Below are positions 47,383-60,572 of a stretch of 64,000 nucleotides of DNA, one piece after another (within the stretch, counting starts at the first letter, position 1; every line of letters begins with the position of its first letter). The notes beneath the pieces were generated by a model, which was given only the letters and a program-made list of their open reading frames with translations, searched no databases and was not told the DNA's origin. The position numbers and the translations under genes were made by a program. The stretch spans positions 620,001 to 684,000 of the forward strand of contig CP075493.1 of the NCBI GenBank assembly GCA_021613535.1, written 5' to 3'. This DNA is from Adineta vaga (Eukaryota > Animalia > Rotifera).

Positions 47383-50300
47383 TTATGAATAATGAGGCAA
47401 AATGTTTTCCGGTCGGTCGCAATTGGCTATACAACCATTATCTAAAACAAGTATGCGATCACTTCGAGCTACTGTATTAAGCCGATGAGCAATTGTTAAA
47501 ATAGTTCGATTTTGAAATTTTTCAGAGATCACTTTTTGGAGTATTCTTTCTGTGTGTGAGTCAACATTGGCAGTCGCCTCGTCGATCAACAATATTTTGC
47601 TTTCTTTAAGTATGGCTCGAGCAACACAGATCAATTGACATTGGCCAGCACTTAAATTGCTACCAGATTCCGCGACCGGTAATAAAAGACCATCATTATG
47701 TGCTAATACCATCGTTTTAAGTTGAACCGCTTCGAGTGCCATCCAACATTGTTCATCAGAAGAACGATTAAACGGGTCGAGATTATATCGAAGAGTACCA
47801 TTGAATAACACCGGTTGTTGAGGAATCACGCTAAGATGCGAACGAAGATGGTTGAGTGTGATACGACTAATGTCAATATCATCAATTAGAATAAATCCAT
47901 CAACAGTAGAACGGTCGACAAGACGGAAAATACCTTGAACTAGAGATGACTTTCCAGCACCTAAAAACAATAATGTATATAGATCAGGAAGAAGATATTT
48001 AAGAAGTCCATTTCTATCTTGTTTCAGCTCTCGACACAATCCATTTTCATCATAAAAAAATCGAGATAAGTCAATGAAATCAAGAAATATAAGCATTCAG
48101 AGAGAGCGAATTTATAATTGCTTTTTGTTTCCATTCAGAAGTTATGTACTTTAATCAGAGTAGAATATAAATGAGTCGATACGTAGTATGTTGTACAATT
48201 GGTTTGTGAATAGACAAACGAAAAGCGATCATTAACCACCAACTCTGAACATTCACATTCCTAAGGATGAATTTTATGTACAAAAAGATCTGCCACCAGT
48301 AAACTTGTCAGTTAATCGATTAGAAAATATTCAAATAAAATATGATTGCACAATCTATTCGAAAATGTACAACCAATGACAGATCTCAACACTTATCCAT
48401 CAAAACTTATCGATGAAATAATTAGTACACTACTTCAAAAGTTAAATGAGTTAAAGTCACACGTGAAATTATCCAAAACATAAAGCACCAAAACTTTGAG
48501 AATCGGTTCATTGAAAAACTAAGTTATGACTATGCTAATACGCTTAGAAAATGTTAGTCAATACTTTTTTCAACTTATCGAAGCTTTTGCAACAAAAAAA
48601 GGAACTAGCATCCATGCATCGTAAATTATTTCTTTGCATTGCGTTTCATTGTTTTTCAGATTAAAACTGAAATTATATCATGGAAATAGTTCTCATACAT
48701 ATTTGATCTACGATACATTTTTCCAAAAAAAAAGAACTTCGAAATTTTTTATCAATTCTTTTCTCCAAACATAATTTTTGTCATTAAAACAACCACACGT
48801 CCATGCACATGTAAGCTCTCATATGTATAGAGCGATGTGGATAAGTAGTATCACGGATTGTATGTGACAGAACGAGAAAAAGATGCTCGTTGTGGATCTC
48901 GAACCCACACCTTCTGCTATCCGGGCAGATTTCCTATGCCAGTTGGACTAGAAGAGACATCTAATTCTCTTACAGCGTCACTATGCAATATCTCTAACGC
49001 TAACAGCACATCAATAAAAAGCAGGGCTGCCATTCCTTATTTTTCGAATGGGGTACATTCCTTTTTAGATTTTTCTGTACGTCGAGCACTTTTGATTAAT
49101 TAAGATTCACTTTGTACGAATGAAAAAAAATCATTACATTTCATATGACAATTCAATCTTATTTGTAATTCAGCGGCAACCGTTTCAACTGACATTGAAT
49201 TTAGAATAGGTATTCATACATGCTTTGTACGCGTGAATACGCCTTGTATACAAGGGGAATTGGAACTTTCAGCGCAACAGTGTTCAGCACATGGAATTAT
49301 CAGTACACTGAATCTACAACGTGAAGAAGAATGAACGTGACGGCGTGGGTAAGAGTGTGGGTGGACATGCTTGTGGGTGAGGGCATGTAGTTGTAGATGT
49401 TTGAGGATATGTGTGAGGATATGGCTGTGGTTGTGGTGAGAATGAGACTGAGTGTAGTTGTGCGAGTGAATCGATTTGGGCGAGGGTGAGCGATAAATAA
49501 ACTAATCAATTTTACATCTACACTCGCAGGGACTTCCACATCCATACCTGATGTTGATTTTTCTTCGTGTTCAACATAGCTTATTTTCATTAGAAAAGTA
49601 GAGTATCGCATCGCAGACTTAAAAGCCAAAATGGGATGCAAAATTTTATGAGGTACAAAACGGGGAAATGGGGTATTGTACCCCAAAATGGCGTACAGTC
49701 GACAGCCCTGATATAAAGTGCACGATATTCCTGTGTAGAATCGATGGAATAGAATTAAAAATTTCGATCGAACACATAATCCGAGCATTCATAACAATTT
49801 CAATCAATTTAAAAAATAGAAGAGGCTTTTAGAACTTATTTAGATCACAAGAAGTTCTGTCAAAGGCTTCACATTGCAGAAATTTTTAGCAAAAACACAC
49901 GTAAAATTTGGAAATAACATGCTGAATAGTGTTTAGGATAAACAGAAGTAAAATCAAACATTGTTCGAAGTCTAAAAAACATACCTGTACGTCCTATTAT
50001 GCCGATTTTCTCTTCAGGCAAAACACACAGGTTGATACTTTTAAGTGCAGCTTCAAGCCCAGGCCTATAGCATAGCGAATAGTTTTGAAATTCGACTTTC
50101 CCATAATTTGGCCAATCGCTTGGTGTTTTTACCAATCTCTGTGAACCACCATTATCTTCTTCAGGTTCTAGTTTCACATACTCATCAATACGTTCGATAC
50201 TGGTCATTAAATGTTCTGCATCCATTAATTGCCGTATGCTTGCGTGAAATGATTGTGAAATATTGACACTATAGGTTAGTCCAAGTGCGGCTGCAGCTGG

Positions 50301-53192
50301 TTCAATATGCTGTCTTAATATAAGTAAAATTACAGCATTGAACGATGAGAACAGCATCACTAGAAGATCCAGATGAAAGCAAAACCAGTAGGTCGCACCC
50401 ATCATCGCCAACTGTGCACGGGTATTTGTATCTATTTTATTTGAAAACGCTTCCATAAAATCGTTTTCAGTTTTGAATGCACGAATGGTAATCAAGCCAT
50501 TTAAAGTTGACGCAAACTGCGTATAAATAGGGCTCCGTGAAGTATTTTCCAATCGTTTAAGCTGATAACTCGGTCGTTTGTAGTAACGGCAGATCATCCA
50601 GAATAATGGTGCTAATGGAATGAATGTAATTAAAACCCATGGATTTACAATACTCATAACGACTACTGAACCTATTGCCATCAATATCAACTGAATAGCA
50701 TCGAATAATGTTGCAGGTAACAGTTCGTCTACCACATGTTGATCAGCACTTGCACGATTGAGTATGCGACCACGTGGAGTACTATCGAAAAAGCGCATCG
50801 ATGTATACAATACTGCACGCAACATATTATTATGCAGTCTATCTGATCCCTTCAAGATAAGATAGAAAAAAAATTTAGCACGTACTAAAGCCATAAGCAC
50901 TGTAGCAAATATCAGAACAGTATAGACCATTGATCTCTGCTTTTGTGAATCGGTACCTAATGGATTTGACCATAGACGAAGCCAATAATTGGTGCTATCA
51001 TAAAGTATTTCACCAGTTATGAGAAGAAAAATAAGTAGACCAAATCTGAAATGACGTAACGGTGGTACAATGAAGAGAGAGCTGCATAGAGACCATTTTG
51101 TGCCACCTTCTAAGGATGCTTCGTCAGTAATAATTGACTTTTTATCAACACTTGACTGTTTTATTTCGAGCATGCTTGCTCTAATTGGCTCATTCTCCTT
51201 GTTGTCTTGATCTAATTGGTTGATCTTCTTAAATTCATCAGGCACTTCATCAAAATGGCCTTGCATTAGAATACGACCATGTTTAAGGAGAATCGCATGG
51301 TGTGCTTCGGCCAGAAACTCCGTTTGATGTGTGACTATGAGTCGAGTTTTCTTTCCCAAAAGCCCATGAGGACCGATGCATCGATCATAGATTTGTGTGG
51401 CCACTGTTCGATCAACAGAAGAAAATGGATCGTCAAGAAGATAAGTATCCACATTAACATATAATGCACGAGCTAGTGATACACGTGCTTTTTGTCCCCC
51501 ACTTAAGTTGACACCATTTTCGCCGAGCATTGTCAAATCGCCACTGGGTCCAAAAGCAGCGAGATCAAAGTCAAGACAACATGCATGTAGCACGCTATTA
51601 TACCGCTCTATATCATATGGCTTTCCTAGGAGAATATTCTCGCGAAGAGTGTCAGCAAATATCCATGGAGATTGAGCGGCATAAGAAAAAGTACTATTGT
51701 TCAAATGTAATTCACCATTGGTGAGATTCATCTCACCGAGAATAGCTGCAAGTAATGATGATTTACCAGAACCGACTTGTCCTATGATACCAACTAACAT
51801 ACCAGGTTTTATCTCGATATTTAATGATGATAAGCAGTCAACAGAATTATCCCATGAGAACGATGCATTACTCATTGTGATTGCACCATGTTTTTGTTCA
51901 ATTTGAGGCATCAGTACTATTTGCTGCTTTATTGTCGGCAAACGCATGAACCCATCGATTCTTTTTGTTGCTGTTAGCATTTCGCTTAATTTTTCGATAG
52001 CCTGGGGAAAATAACGCGCGACAGACATTCGCATTTGACCATAGAACGCAAGTGCCGTAAAAATATCAACAGTTTTAAGTTCATAACCGGACAGCCAGGC
52101 GCCGACAAATGCAGTTAATGAAATTAGGGGTACTGAAGCAAAGAATATGGCCATATTGAGTGCACGCAAGTAAGATGATTTTTGAATGCTACAAAATTCT
52201 TCCTTTCGCAAACGAAGTACATAATCTTCCATTGGTTTCTCCCAGTTATACATTTTGATGATCCAACATCCGCTAACAATTTCATTAAAGGCATGCACAC
52301 GTTTATCGACACATGCCGCTGTGGTAGCACTATACCGATTAAATTGGCGACTAAAGAGCATTTGTGTAGGGATTAATATGAAAAATATTGTATAGGAGAG
52401 CAATGCTGGCACAATTCCAATTATCCACAAAAGACAAACAAATACAAGAAAAGCCTCAAGTGGTGTTTGCCATAAATAATTAACACGTCCAACAAAACCC
52501 TCAAGTTTAGTTACATCATGAGCAATAAAATTAATTATTTGCGCTGAACTTGTTTTCTGAAGTGATGATGTATAGATTGATAATATGCGTGAGTACATTA
52601 TTGACATGAGTGCATTGCGAACTCTTAAACTGATTCTATTGGAACGAAATAAAAATTGATAATTGCTAGATGCTTCTATAAAGGTACATAAAAATAGTAC
52701 AACAACATATAAATAAACAACGGTAGTTGATATGGTTGTCACCGATGAAGACGTTTGACTGTCATGGATAAAGTTAATAATTTGACGAACAATCAATACT
52801 TTTAGGATTCGAACTATTGTTCGAGGCAACAGTGGAAGTCCAGATAATACAATTGGCTTCCAAAAAGTGCGAACAATAATGTTCCAAGTCGTAGCTGTTG
52901 CCCAATCATGTGCTAGCATTTCATTTAATAATGTTGAACTTTTGTCCGGATGAGATAAACCGTCGAGATCATCATCCATTAATGGTCGCTTAAAACTCAA
53001 CGAAAGTAAGGGACGCATCCAGCACCAACATATTAAAGACCACCATCGAGTCCATGATGCCTCTACCCATTCAAGACGGGATGATTGTCGTTGACGAAGA
53101 TTCAAATCATCATATGAATTTTGCTTGTTTTTGATTAGCAATTCTTTTTCATCGTTAGTTAAGCCAAAGCTATCTCTAGAAAATAATGCCAT
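47383..53192 (-). CDS. ABCC4/MRP4-like ABC transporter; exons 53192..49985 and 47960..47383 (about 1261 aa)
   Basis: TMD1; NBD1 (GQVGSGKSS, NLSGGQKAR, LLDDP); TMD2; NBD2 with Walker A GRTG|AGKSS split by a 2-kb phase-1 intron (G|GTATGT ... TTTTTAG|GT), NLSAGQ and IDEATANVD. Confidence 0.92.
48884..48958 (-). repeat. tRNA-like sequence (SINE head or tRNA pseudogene) in the ABCC intron
   Basis: TAGTCCAACTGGC A-box-like motif, stem-loop TCTGC-CCGGATA-GCAGA and GGTTCGAGATCC B box. The acceptor stem pairs poorly. Confidence 0.55.
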
Positions 53193-53935
53193 ATGATTAT
53201 ATTTTTGTTGGAACGTCGTCACTTTTTTGACAATTATTAATAAAAATATTAGCAATATTTCAATAATGAGTTAATATCTAAAATTATAATGTTAAAGCTA
53301 TTGATTCAAAAAAATCACTCTTCTGGAAGAAAAAATATCACTTATGAAAAGATTCTGTAAATCTGAGACTCAATTTCTTTCTAAAATAAATGCGGAAACT
53401 TCGGATTTTATCCGAGAGTTATGTGTACTGCAAAAAGTGTATGGGAGAGATGAACCATTCTAGAATGTCATCACATTAAAATTACCGCGAGAAATTTTTC
53501 GATGAGCAAGATTTTTCATGTTGAGTTATGAATGAATTTTTGTATTGGAATCTATCGGAATAACGGTCATATGCAACCTCATGAATCCATAAAAGATCTA
53601 TGACAGATACACATATCAGCATTTTCGTAATAGATCATCAATATCAATAGATTTGGAGATCAGGTTTTTCCATTTTGATAGCCCTTCTGACTAGCTACAA
53701 AACCAAGCATTTGGAAAAACCCCAAACTACAGATCATATGAAACGTATTTATGCAATTCGGTGTTAAAATACAGTTTTTGCACATTTTGAGACCTTTTTT
53801 AAGCATTTTTTCCTTAGTGAACTATGATTTGACTGAAAACCAATATCAGATTCGGAGTCAGCGTTAAAAACTGAGTCGATTCATATATGTTTTAAATAAT
53901 TTTGAGAGCAAATGTTTTTTCAAAACAACCCTGTA

Positions 53936-54155
53936 TCCCTCCTCAGGGATGGTCTGGTCAAAAATGACAATTTTTTTGATAAGTCAGCCATTTCTCGAGA
54001 GATCATTCTCATCTTCTTCTCTCGACCGAGATATTGATGAGACAATTATGTGCACAAAGTTTCAGTTCAATCGAATGTAGTTGTGACGAGTTATCGTGTA
54101 AACGGACGGACACACTGACCGATTATGGTAGTGTACTCACTTTTTGAGTACACAA
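53936..54155 (-). mobile_element. Copy of the same HINE-like repeat, reverse orientation
   Basis: GTGTACTCACTTTTTGAGTACACA at 54131-54154; CTCAGGGATGGTCTGG matches CCAGACCATCCCTGAG at about 55661. Confidence 0.7.
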
Positions 54156-54929
54156 TTAGGACACCAACATTGGGCTCACTTTTCAATCAGGCTGCGCAGG
54201 TCATTCTACGAGCTCCCAGACTTATTCTTCCGTAACTTTATAGTACTCAGTGTACAGTTTAAAACTATATGAGTCAAACTTCTGTAGACCCAATTTTGCT
54301 GTAATTCGACTTTTCTCAAGATCGTTATTTTGGCCAAAATCAATAGTTTGGTGAAGGTCCCCTGTGCGACAGGAACTAGCTAGAAAGCTGAATTTTTTAT
54401 CAAAGAGATTACTCATTGAGATCTCTCTGTGATTAAAATTTTAACTCTATAACGCAATCCGTTCCTGAGAAACGTATATGCACAAAATGACAAAAATGGC
54501 AATTTTGTCCTGTACTTGGTGTGACGCTCTCGCTTACATGCGCTGTATGCATGCTGTTTCTCCTCACTTCAGTACACTTTGATGTACTTTGGTATTACCT
54601 TTCCTTTCCTTCTATTGACGGATGAGTATATAAGCGTGTGTTTTGTATTATATCGATGCGATTTATGTGAAGAAGAAATAAATAAAGCGTACTATCATCG
54701 GCCCACACATCTCTTCCATCAAAAATCGTCACACTTGGTACTATTGGTCAGCTTATCAATACCTTTGGACTGAATTTTTTTATACAACACAGAACTACAG
54801 TATCTATTTATAATAAAAATTTCAGCTTAAACGGATGTATTCGTGAGAATGTGGGTGTCACAAAAAAATCACGAAAATGCACTTTTTTGGCGAGGGTGCT
54901 CTCAGTAAAACTTGAATATCCCAAGAACG

Positions 54930-55071
54930 GTAGATTATGTTTTCAAAAGGATTGCGCAGAAATTCATCAAACACTTGTCCCTACAACATATATAAAACTC
55001 AACCAAATCGGAAATCATCGATTGAGCAGTTACTGTGGAAATCGGTCGTGGCTTACATGGAATGGCTCTTA
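54930..55071 (+). repeat. End of a non-autonomous DNA-transposon family, copy 1
   Basis: GATTGCGCAGAAATTCATCAAACAC...GGTCGTGGCTTACATGGAATGGCTCTTA; homologous to about 60440-60572. Confidence 0.6.
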
Positions 55072-55456
55072 TTTATGTATATTTTCTCCTTACTGGCATG
55101 AAATACATGGCTTTTTAATAAACTGACTTGAATATTTACATATACGGCTTGTATTATTTGTGGAGATGAAACGATGTGTTACGTGGCATAGCAGCTTCGC
55201 AAAATGATATTTGCCATATAGTGCGGCGTTTTCACAAGAAAGAACCAACTTGTTAATGAAATAGGAAAGAAACAAAATCAATGAAGCATGAATGAATGTG
55301 CGAAGAGCAGCAAGTAGCATTTATGAGTCTCTATTCATCACGTACCACATATTGGGTGGTCATGTGGAAAGAAATGAAATTTGCCATTGATAAAATAAAT
55401 ATAAGCATTGAAATGTAAGGTGCACGTAAAGCAAGCTTAAAGTTAAAAATATGTCG

Positions 55457-55720
55457 TTTTTGTGTACTCAAAAAGTGAGTACACTACTAAAATCGGTCAG
55501 TGCGGCCGTCCGGCCGTTTATCCGATAAATTTCGAAAGGACAGTCGGATTGAGCTGAAATTCTCCACACAGTTTAGCCTCATTAATATCTCAGTCGAGTT
55601 CGAAGATGAGACAGATTGGTCAAGAATTGCTTGAGTTCTCGTAAAAATACTGAAAACTGGCCAGACCATCCCTGAGGAAGAGTACAGGCATTTTTTGGCC
55701 AAAGTTGTTTTTTTCGTCAT
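55457..55720 (+). mobile_element. Copy of the same HINE-like repeat
   Basis: TTTTTGTGTACTCAAAAAGTGAGTACACTA...GGATTGAGCTGAAATT...CGAGTTCGAAGATGAG, as at 44040. Confidence 0.7.
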
Positions 55721-56861
55721 TTTCACAGGATATATCAGTCTGTTGGGCTTCATGTGCATTACCCTTCCGTCCTCAAGTCCTGAGAGTGAATGTGGGTGAT
55801 ACAAGTGATCTGGGTGAAATTTCATCCAGATGGTTTTATGATAGGTAAACTCTCCAAACTTCGTATGGTGGTTTCCTAGGCACGATATAACGTCGAGAAC
55901 ATGTTGAAACATGAGGAAGGAGTGTGGATGACGATGAGGGCGAGGTTAACCTGGGCGAAGTGTCAGTCAAGATGTTCCACGTAGATAACGTCACCATAGT
56001 TTCTCAGGTGGTTTCCTCGGTCTAGAGAAACGTCCATAAATTGTTGGCACAATAGTGAAGATAATAAGTTCACCTATGTAAAGTTTTATGGTAACAGACA
56101 AGATGAAAATACGTGGTATATGCATAAGCCAGGTAATTTATTTCATATGAGGAAAACTGAGTGCACTGCTTGAATTGTTTAGTACGTCTGCTCATCCGTT
56201 CATAGACGTGATAATTCCTAAAGTATTGGTACAGTTCGGATGAAATTTTCTACGGAGTATCGCGACAATGATAGATCAATTGAGTTTGAAGAAGCGCCTG
56301 ATCAGCCGAACCATTTGTGAGTTATTGATAACAGTGGTATTTCGGTATGACTTTATTATGTTTTCTATCTGATATACTTTTTGCAGTACACATAACATTC
56401 GGATAAAATTCGAAGTTTCCGCATTTATTTTTATACATCATTCGATAGATTATGTGTTGCTGATTACGAATATCCCATCCCCATCTTGAGGGTGTGAGTG
56501 TGGGTGTGGGTGAGATTGTGGCTATGCTCTTAACCCACACCCACACCCTCAAGATGCGAGAGTACTTAATTATCATTGGAAAATGAGAAAAAGAGTTATG
56601 TTGGTTGGAGGAGCGTAGGTAATTGCAGAAACAAAGTCTGTATGTTGTTTTGAAGTATTTGAAGAAGGGGTGGATGCATTGGAAAACAAGATTTGTTAGG
56701 TGTAGGTTTTTTTGTGGAATAGAGTATTGATAAATAAATATCGTTGTAGAACTCTTTCTATAATATCCCGGGGCCAAAATAAAGTTAAGTGTTGCACTTC
56801 ATTTTTACACCACTAATTACACTATATCGGAAAAACAGAATATATCAAAAGATGCAGCTTG

Positions 56862-57612
56862 AAAAACACTACATATTTCGCAAAACAATTGGTTTTGTAG
56901 TTGCACTTTTCGTTTTCAAAATGAACGAAACTGAAAAGCGCCATAAAGTGAATAGGAAAGAGCAGGCCTCTCAGTATTCTTAAGACTTCTTCTCTATTAT
57001 TCGTGTGAGTAAAGCTGTTTACTATCAGAAAAGATAGCGCTTGAAATTCTCTACAAAACCGTGTATGACTTGGTCTAAAAACTATTTTATATACATTTGA
57101 AAAAAATGAAAAGTAAAGACATACAAAAGACTGTAATAGATGTAATGAGTCATCACGCAGTGCATCAAATTGTTTATCACTAACTTCACCCTATTATGGA
57201 AATAAAATACAGTAAAAGATACAGCGTAAAAAGCTCTACAATTTACATAAGATAGTTTATTTTAAAATTACACTTTTTGCTTTTAAAATGTACAAATTTC
57301 GAGTGATCAAATTTTTACAGTATGAAAACGGTATCTTTCTTCGTAGAAGATGATTTTATTTTCTTTCGTATGCTGTCTTTTTATAATTGTTCTTTCAAAA
57401 TTGTAGAGCTTTTCACGCCGCCTCTTGTGGTGTATTTTGTTTTCTTTTTAATAAAGTCCATTAGGCTATGGAAAGATGAGATAAGAAAACAGTGCGTCAA
57501 AATAATTGTTTTTTTCGGAGTGCGAAAAACTAGTGCCTCATAATTTTGTTTGTTTTGAAAGCGAAAAGTGCAACTACAAAACCAATTGTTTTGCGAAATA
57601 TGTAGTGTTTTT
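56862..57612. repeat. Inverted repeat pair (about 60-bp arms) with a nested shorter inverted repeat
   Basis: 56862-56921 is the reverse complement of 57553-57612 (about 1 mismatch). Inner pair AAAAGCTCTACAATTT (about 57229) / AAATTGTAGAGCTTTT (about 57398). Confidence 0.75.
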
Positions 57613-57785
57613 AAACAAAAATATTTGCTTTCGAACGGTGAAAATCTTTTATTTTCATACAATTACAACGCTATGGATAGGTTTATAGTATTAACAAGAA
57701 AAATGATGAGAACTAGTGTAATGTCAAAGGCGGATAGCTTCAGAGGCGCGCAGATGTGTAAACAAAAAAAACAGGGACATTGCTG

Positions 57786-58862
57786 TCACTTGGTAAGCGA
57801 TAGTTCCTGTTGTTCGAGTGTTTTGAGTGATGGTATAGTAATTGTCACTTTTGATTTTCGCGGATGTTTGAAACGAATGTAACCTATCAGGAAAATGATC
57901 AGTATAACTAATACTCCTATTAATATAATGTTGAAAGTGATTGTCGAATGGATTTTAAATTGTCCCCAAAAAGGATCTCAGGAGCTTGTGTAATGTTACT
58001 CATCAGGTCAATTATATTTTGAATGTGTGACGGAATGTACGGTAATTTCTCCCATTTAGTATTGTTGTTAATTAAGGAGTGCAAATCAATAACTTCTCCA
58101 GCTACAGGATTAATTGTATAGTTCTGATAGAGAACAAGTTTTGAATTGGATTGGACTGAAAGCCCCGACAAGTAAAATAAGTCACATGACAAACCCATCG
58201 AATCTTTGGTAGTAATTAAGGCAATTGGAGGTAGGGTGAACGCATGGTTGTCCATTGCCTTATAGTGGTCGAAATCTGGGTGGGTAGCTGTGTGACATTT
58301 TGTAGTCGAGTTTGTGGAGATCGCCCAATAATGCTCAATTTTACGTACAAATACTGACTCCAGATAAGGTTCAATGCGGCATGATCTTAATGATGTATCT
58401 GCTAAAACTTCATAAATGCACGTGTCTTCAAGGTCTTTTCGGATAGCTGGCGTTATGCGGCATGATGTCATCACTTCAAAACAACAAGGTTCCGCCTCCT
58501 CTCCGGACCATCGAACAAACTCATGAGAATCCGGACGAATTCCTATGAAAGCTGGCATTTGAGCAAGTCTAACACATCTATGTCCATGTTTGAACGGAAT
58601 TGGTATCGGGTCATATACAAAAAATGGTTTTTCGTCATAGTTTGAAGCTGCAACGTGCGAGGTAAACACTAACTCTCCGATGATTGCCCCATATGTCGAA
58701 GCTCTTAATTGGATGGTAGGGACAAAAGAAATCTCTTGACGAACGAGTAGCCGAGTTGCTAAATCAACCATTGATATCGAGCTATTTTTATCTTCGAATG
58801 AGATATTTGTAGCTTTTATGACATATTCAATAGCTTTCGGTATATCGTCGTGATGAATAAAA
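57786..58862 (-). pseudogene. C-terminal part of an env-like (class I/F-type) viral fusion glycoprotein, 5'-truncated, one frameshift
   Basis: Cys-rich ectodomain (VYDPIPIPF...CCFEVMTSC...TCIYEVL...SC...KC...SCD) with several N-glycosylation sequons. A 1-nt shift in the T/G run at about 57964-57972 restores WGQFKIHSTITFNIILIGVLVILIIFLIGYIRFKHPRKSK...LTK* (TM plus basic tail; stop at 57786-57788). Confidence 0.65.
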
Positions 58863-59408
58863 CAACTTGTGTATGAAGAAGATTCTTTTTCAACAGACAG
58901 TATCTCAGAAATATTCCCCAGCAATACACGATAAATCCGTAAACCATTGTACGCCATGATTGAAATCGTTCGGTCGAAGATTGAATGCAATTTCGAACAA
59001 CTTCAATCAAATCTCATCCCGATACCATTGATGGAACAAACATTTCGTATTGATATCGCCGATATGCTACCAAAAGATAAGAAACCAAGATCAAATTTGA
59101 AAACAATTCTATCGATTAAGCGACGTGCATTACCACTTGTGCCTGCATTTGCTATCACGATACATAAAAGGCAAGGTCAAACTTTGAGTAATGTTGTCAT
59201 TGATTTAAAACTACCAAGCAAAACTGATGATATTGCCGCAATTTATGTACCATTGTCACGTATGAAACGTCTGGCTGACTTAATCATTTTAAGACATTTC
59301 GATTACAAAACTTTATTGATGAAGCCAGCAAAATCGCAACTTGCGGAGTCGGAAAGATTAGATAAACTATATACAGAAACACAACTACGCTTTGCTCAAT
59401 GCTTCTGA
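58860..59408 (+). pseudogene. C-terminus of Helitron/Helentron PIF1-family helicase, 5'-truncated
   Basis: Motifs LPLVPAFAITIHKRQGQTL and IYVPLSR. The frame extends upstream through a nonsense codon to KQLVYEEDSFSTDSISEIFPSNTR*IRKPLYAMIE at about 58860. Confidence 0.85.
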
Positions 59409-59631
59409 CGATCTTTATTTGTTTTGTTTAATTTTGCACGTGACTGCTAGTACTCATGATATTGTAAGATCCCAATGAAAAATAAGTTTTATCCTCATTG
59501 ATTTTATTTAAAAAATCGAGTATTTTTTGTTTTCGAAAGTTAATAAATAATTAAGCAAGAGTACTTCAATCGTTTCCTCATATGTAAAGTTGCTAGGTCA
59601 CTTCGTCTCACTATTGCGACACTAAAAGAAT

Positions 59632-59689
59632 GTCTGTCCTCCACAGTCGAGGGTTAAGTGAGTCGGCACGACGAGCGTTACTTCTTGTT
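59632..59689 (+). mobile_element. Helentron 3' terminus (subTIR plus terminal segment)
   Basis: AGTCGAGGGTTAAGTGAGTCGGCACGACGAGCGTTACTT nearly matches the 3' end of the insertion in the mariner (28739-28777) and lies about 230 bp after the helicase stop. Confidence 0.8.
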
Positions 59690-60039
59690 ACTTGAAATGT
59701 TATTTTTGATAAAAACAAATTTTGAATAAAATACAATATTTTATAAGAGATTTTCATTTGTTCAACTAAGGTTCAGTTTTGGGGTGTTGAGTAAAAAAAA
59801 GTTTTCAAATTAAGAGAAATGAATGTCATCATGGTGTTCCTCGTACAAAATCACCTAAATTTTAAAAAAAAAAGCTAAAAATATTTTGTCAAAAGCATGC
59901 ACCATGATAGACTATGTCAAAAACCCTCTGAAAGACGACCTCCGTTCTCAGCCGTTTCTAGAGGTTCCACGCTGATTTTTTGTGCGGTTGCATTCCATAC
60001 CTAGTACTATCGGACGGCGAAAACTAGACTCCAAACGGA

Positions 60040-60572
60040 CTTGTTTCTTAGCAGAAAACCGACCTGCAAAACCCGTTTTTTTAGAATAGTTTTCTAAACG
60101 GTCCAGATGACTTAGAGGTCTGAAATTTTCAGCAAAGATACATCTCTTAGAGATCTATCAATGCTAAAATTTTCAAGTTTATATCTTATACCAGACAAAA
60201 GTTATAAGGGTCGAAAGCTGCTGAAAAATTCAATTTTTTAGTAAATTATTGAGAGGGCTGCAGAAACCTAACGGTTCAAGCTTTTCAAGCGAAACTTTCA
60301 TCAAAAATCAAACATACTAAGGTACACATCTGCACAAAATTTCAGCTGAATCAGCCCAGCCATTCTTGAGATATTGACCCATTGGTACCCCCAATTTTTG
60401 GTGCTTCACGCTTTCGTGAAATGCTTATAAAATCCGAACGGATCAAGATTTTAAAAATCGGATTGCGTCAGAATTCATCAAACACCTTCGTCTATGACAT
60501 ATAAAAAATTCAGCAAAATCTGAGGATCTCGATGGTGCAACTTAGGTCGTGGCTTATATGGAATGACTCTTA
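60040..60572 (+). repeat. Non-autonomous DNA-transposon family, copy 2
   Basis: Repeated TGAAATTT/AAATTTCA motifs; ends GGTCGTGGCTTATATGGAATGACTCTTA like 55045-55071. Left boundary approximate. Confidence 0.55.

Noticed and set aside
48884-48958. Functional tRNA gene
   Set aside because: Acceptor stem is mismatched and anticodon and T loops are non-canonical; treated as SINE or pseudogene.
58865-58990. True overlapping antisense coding between env-like and helicase ORFs
   Set aside because: The first 40 or so residues of the 356-aa ORF are just the antisense of helicase sequence; homology switches at about 58860.
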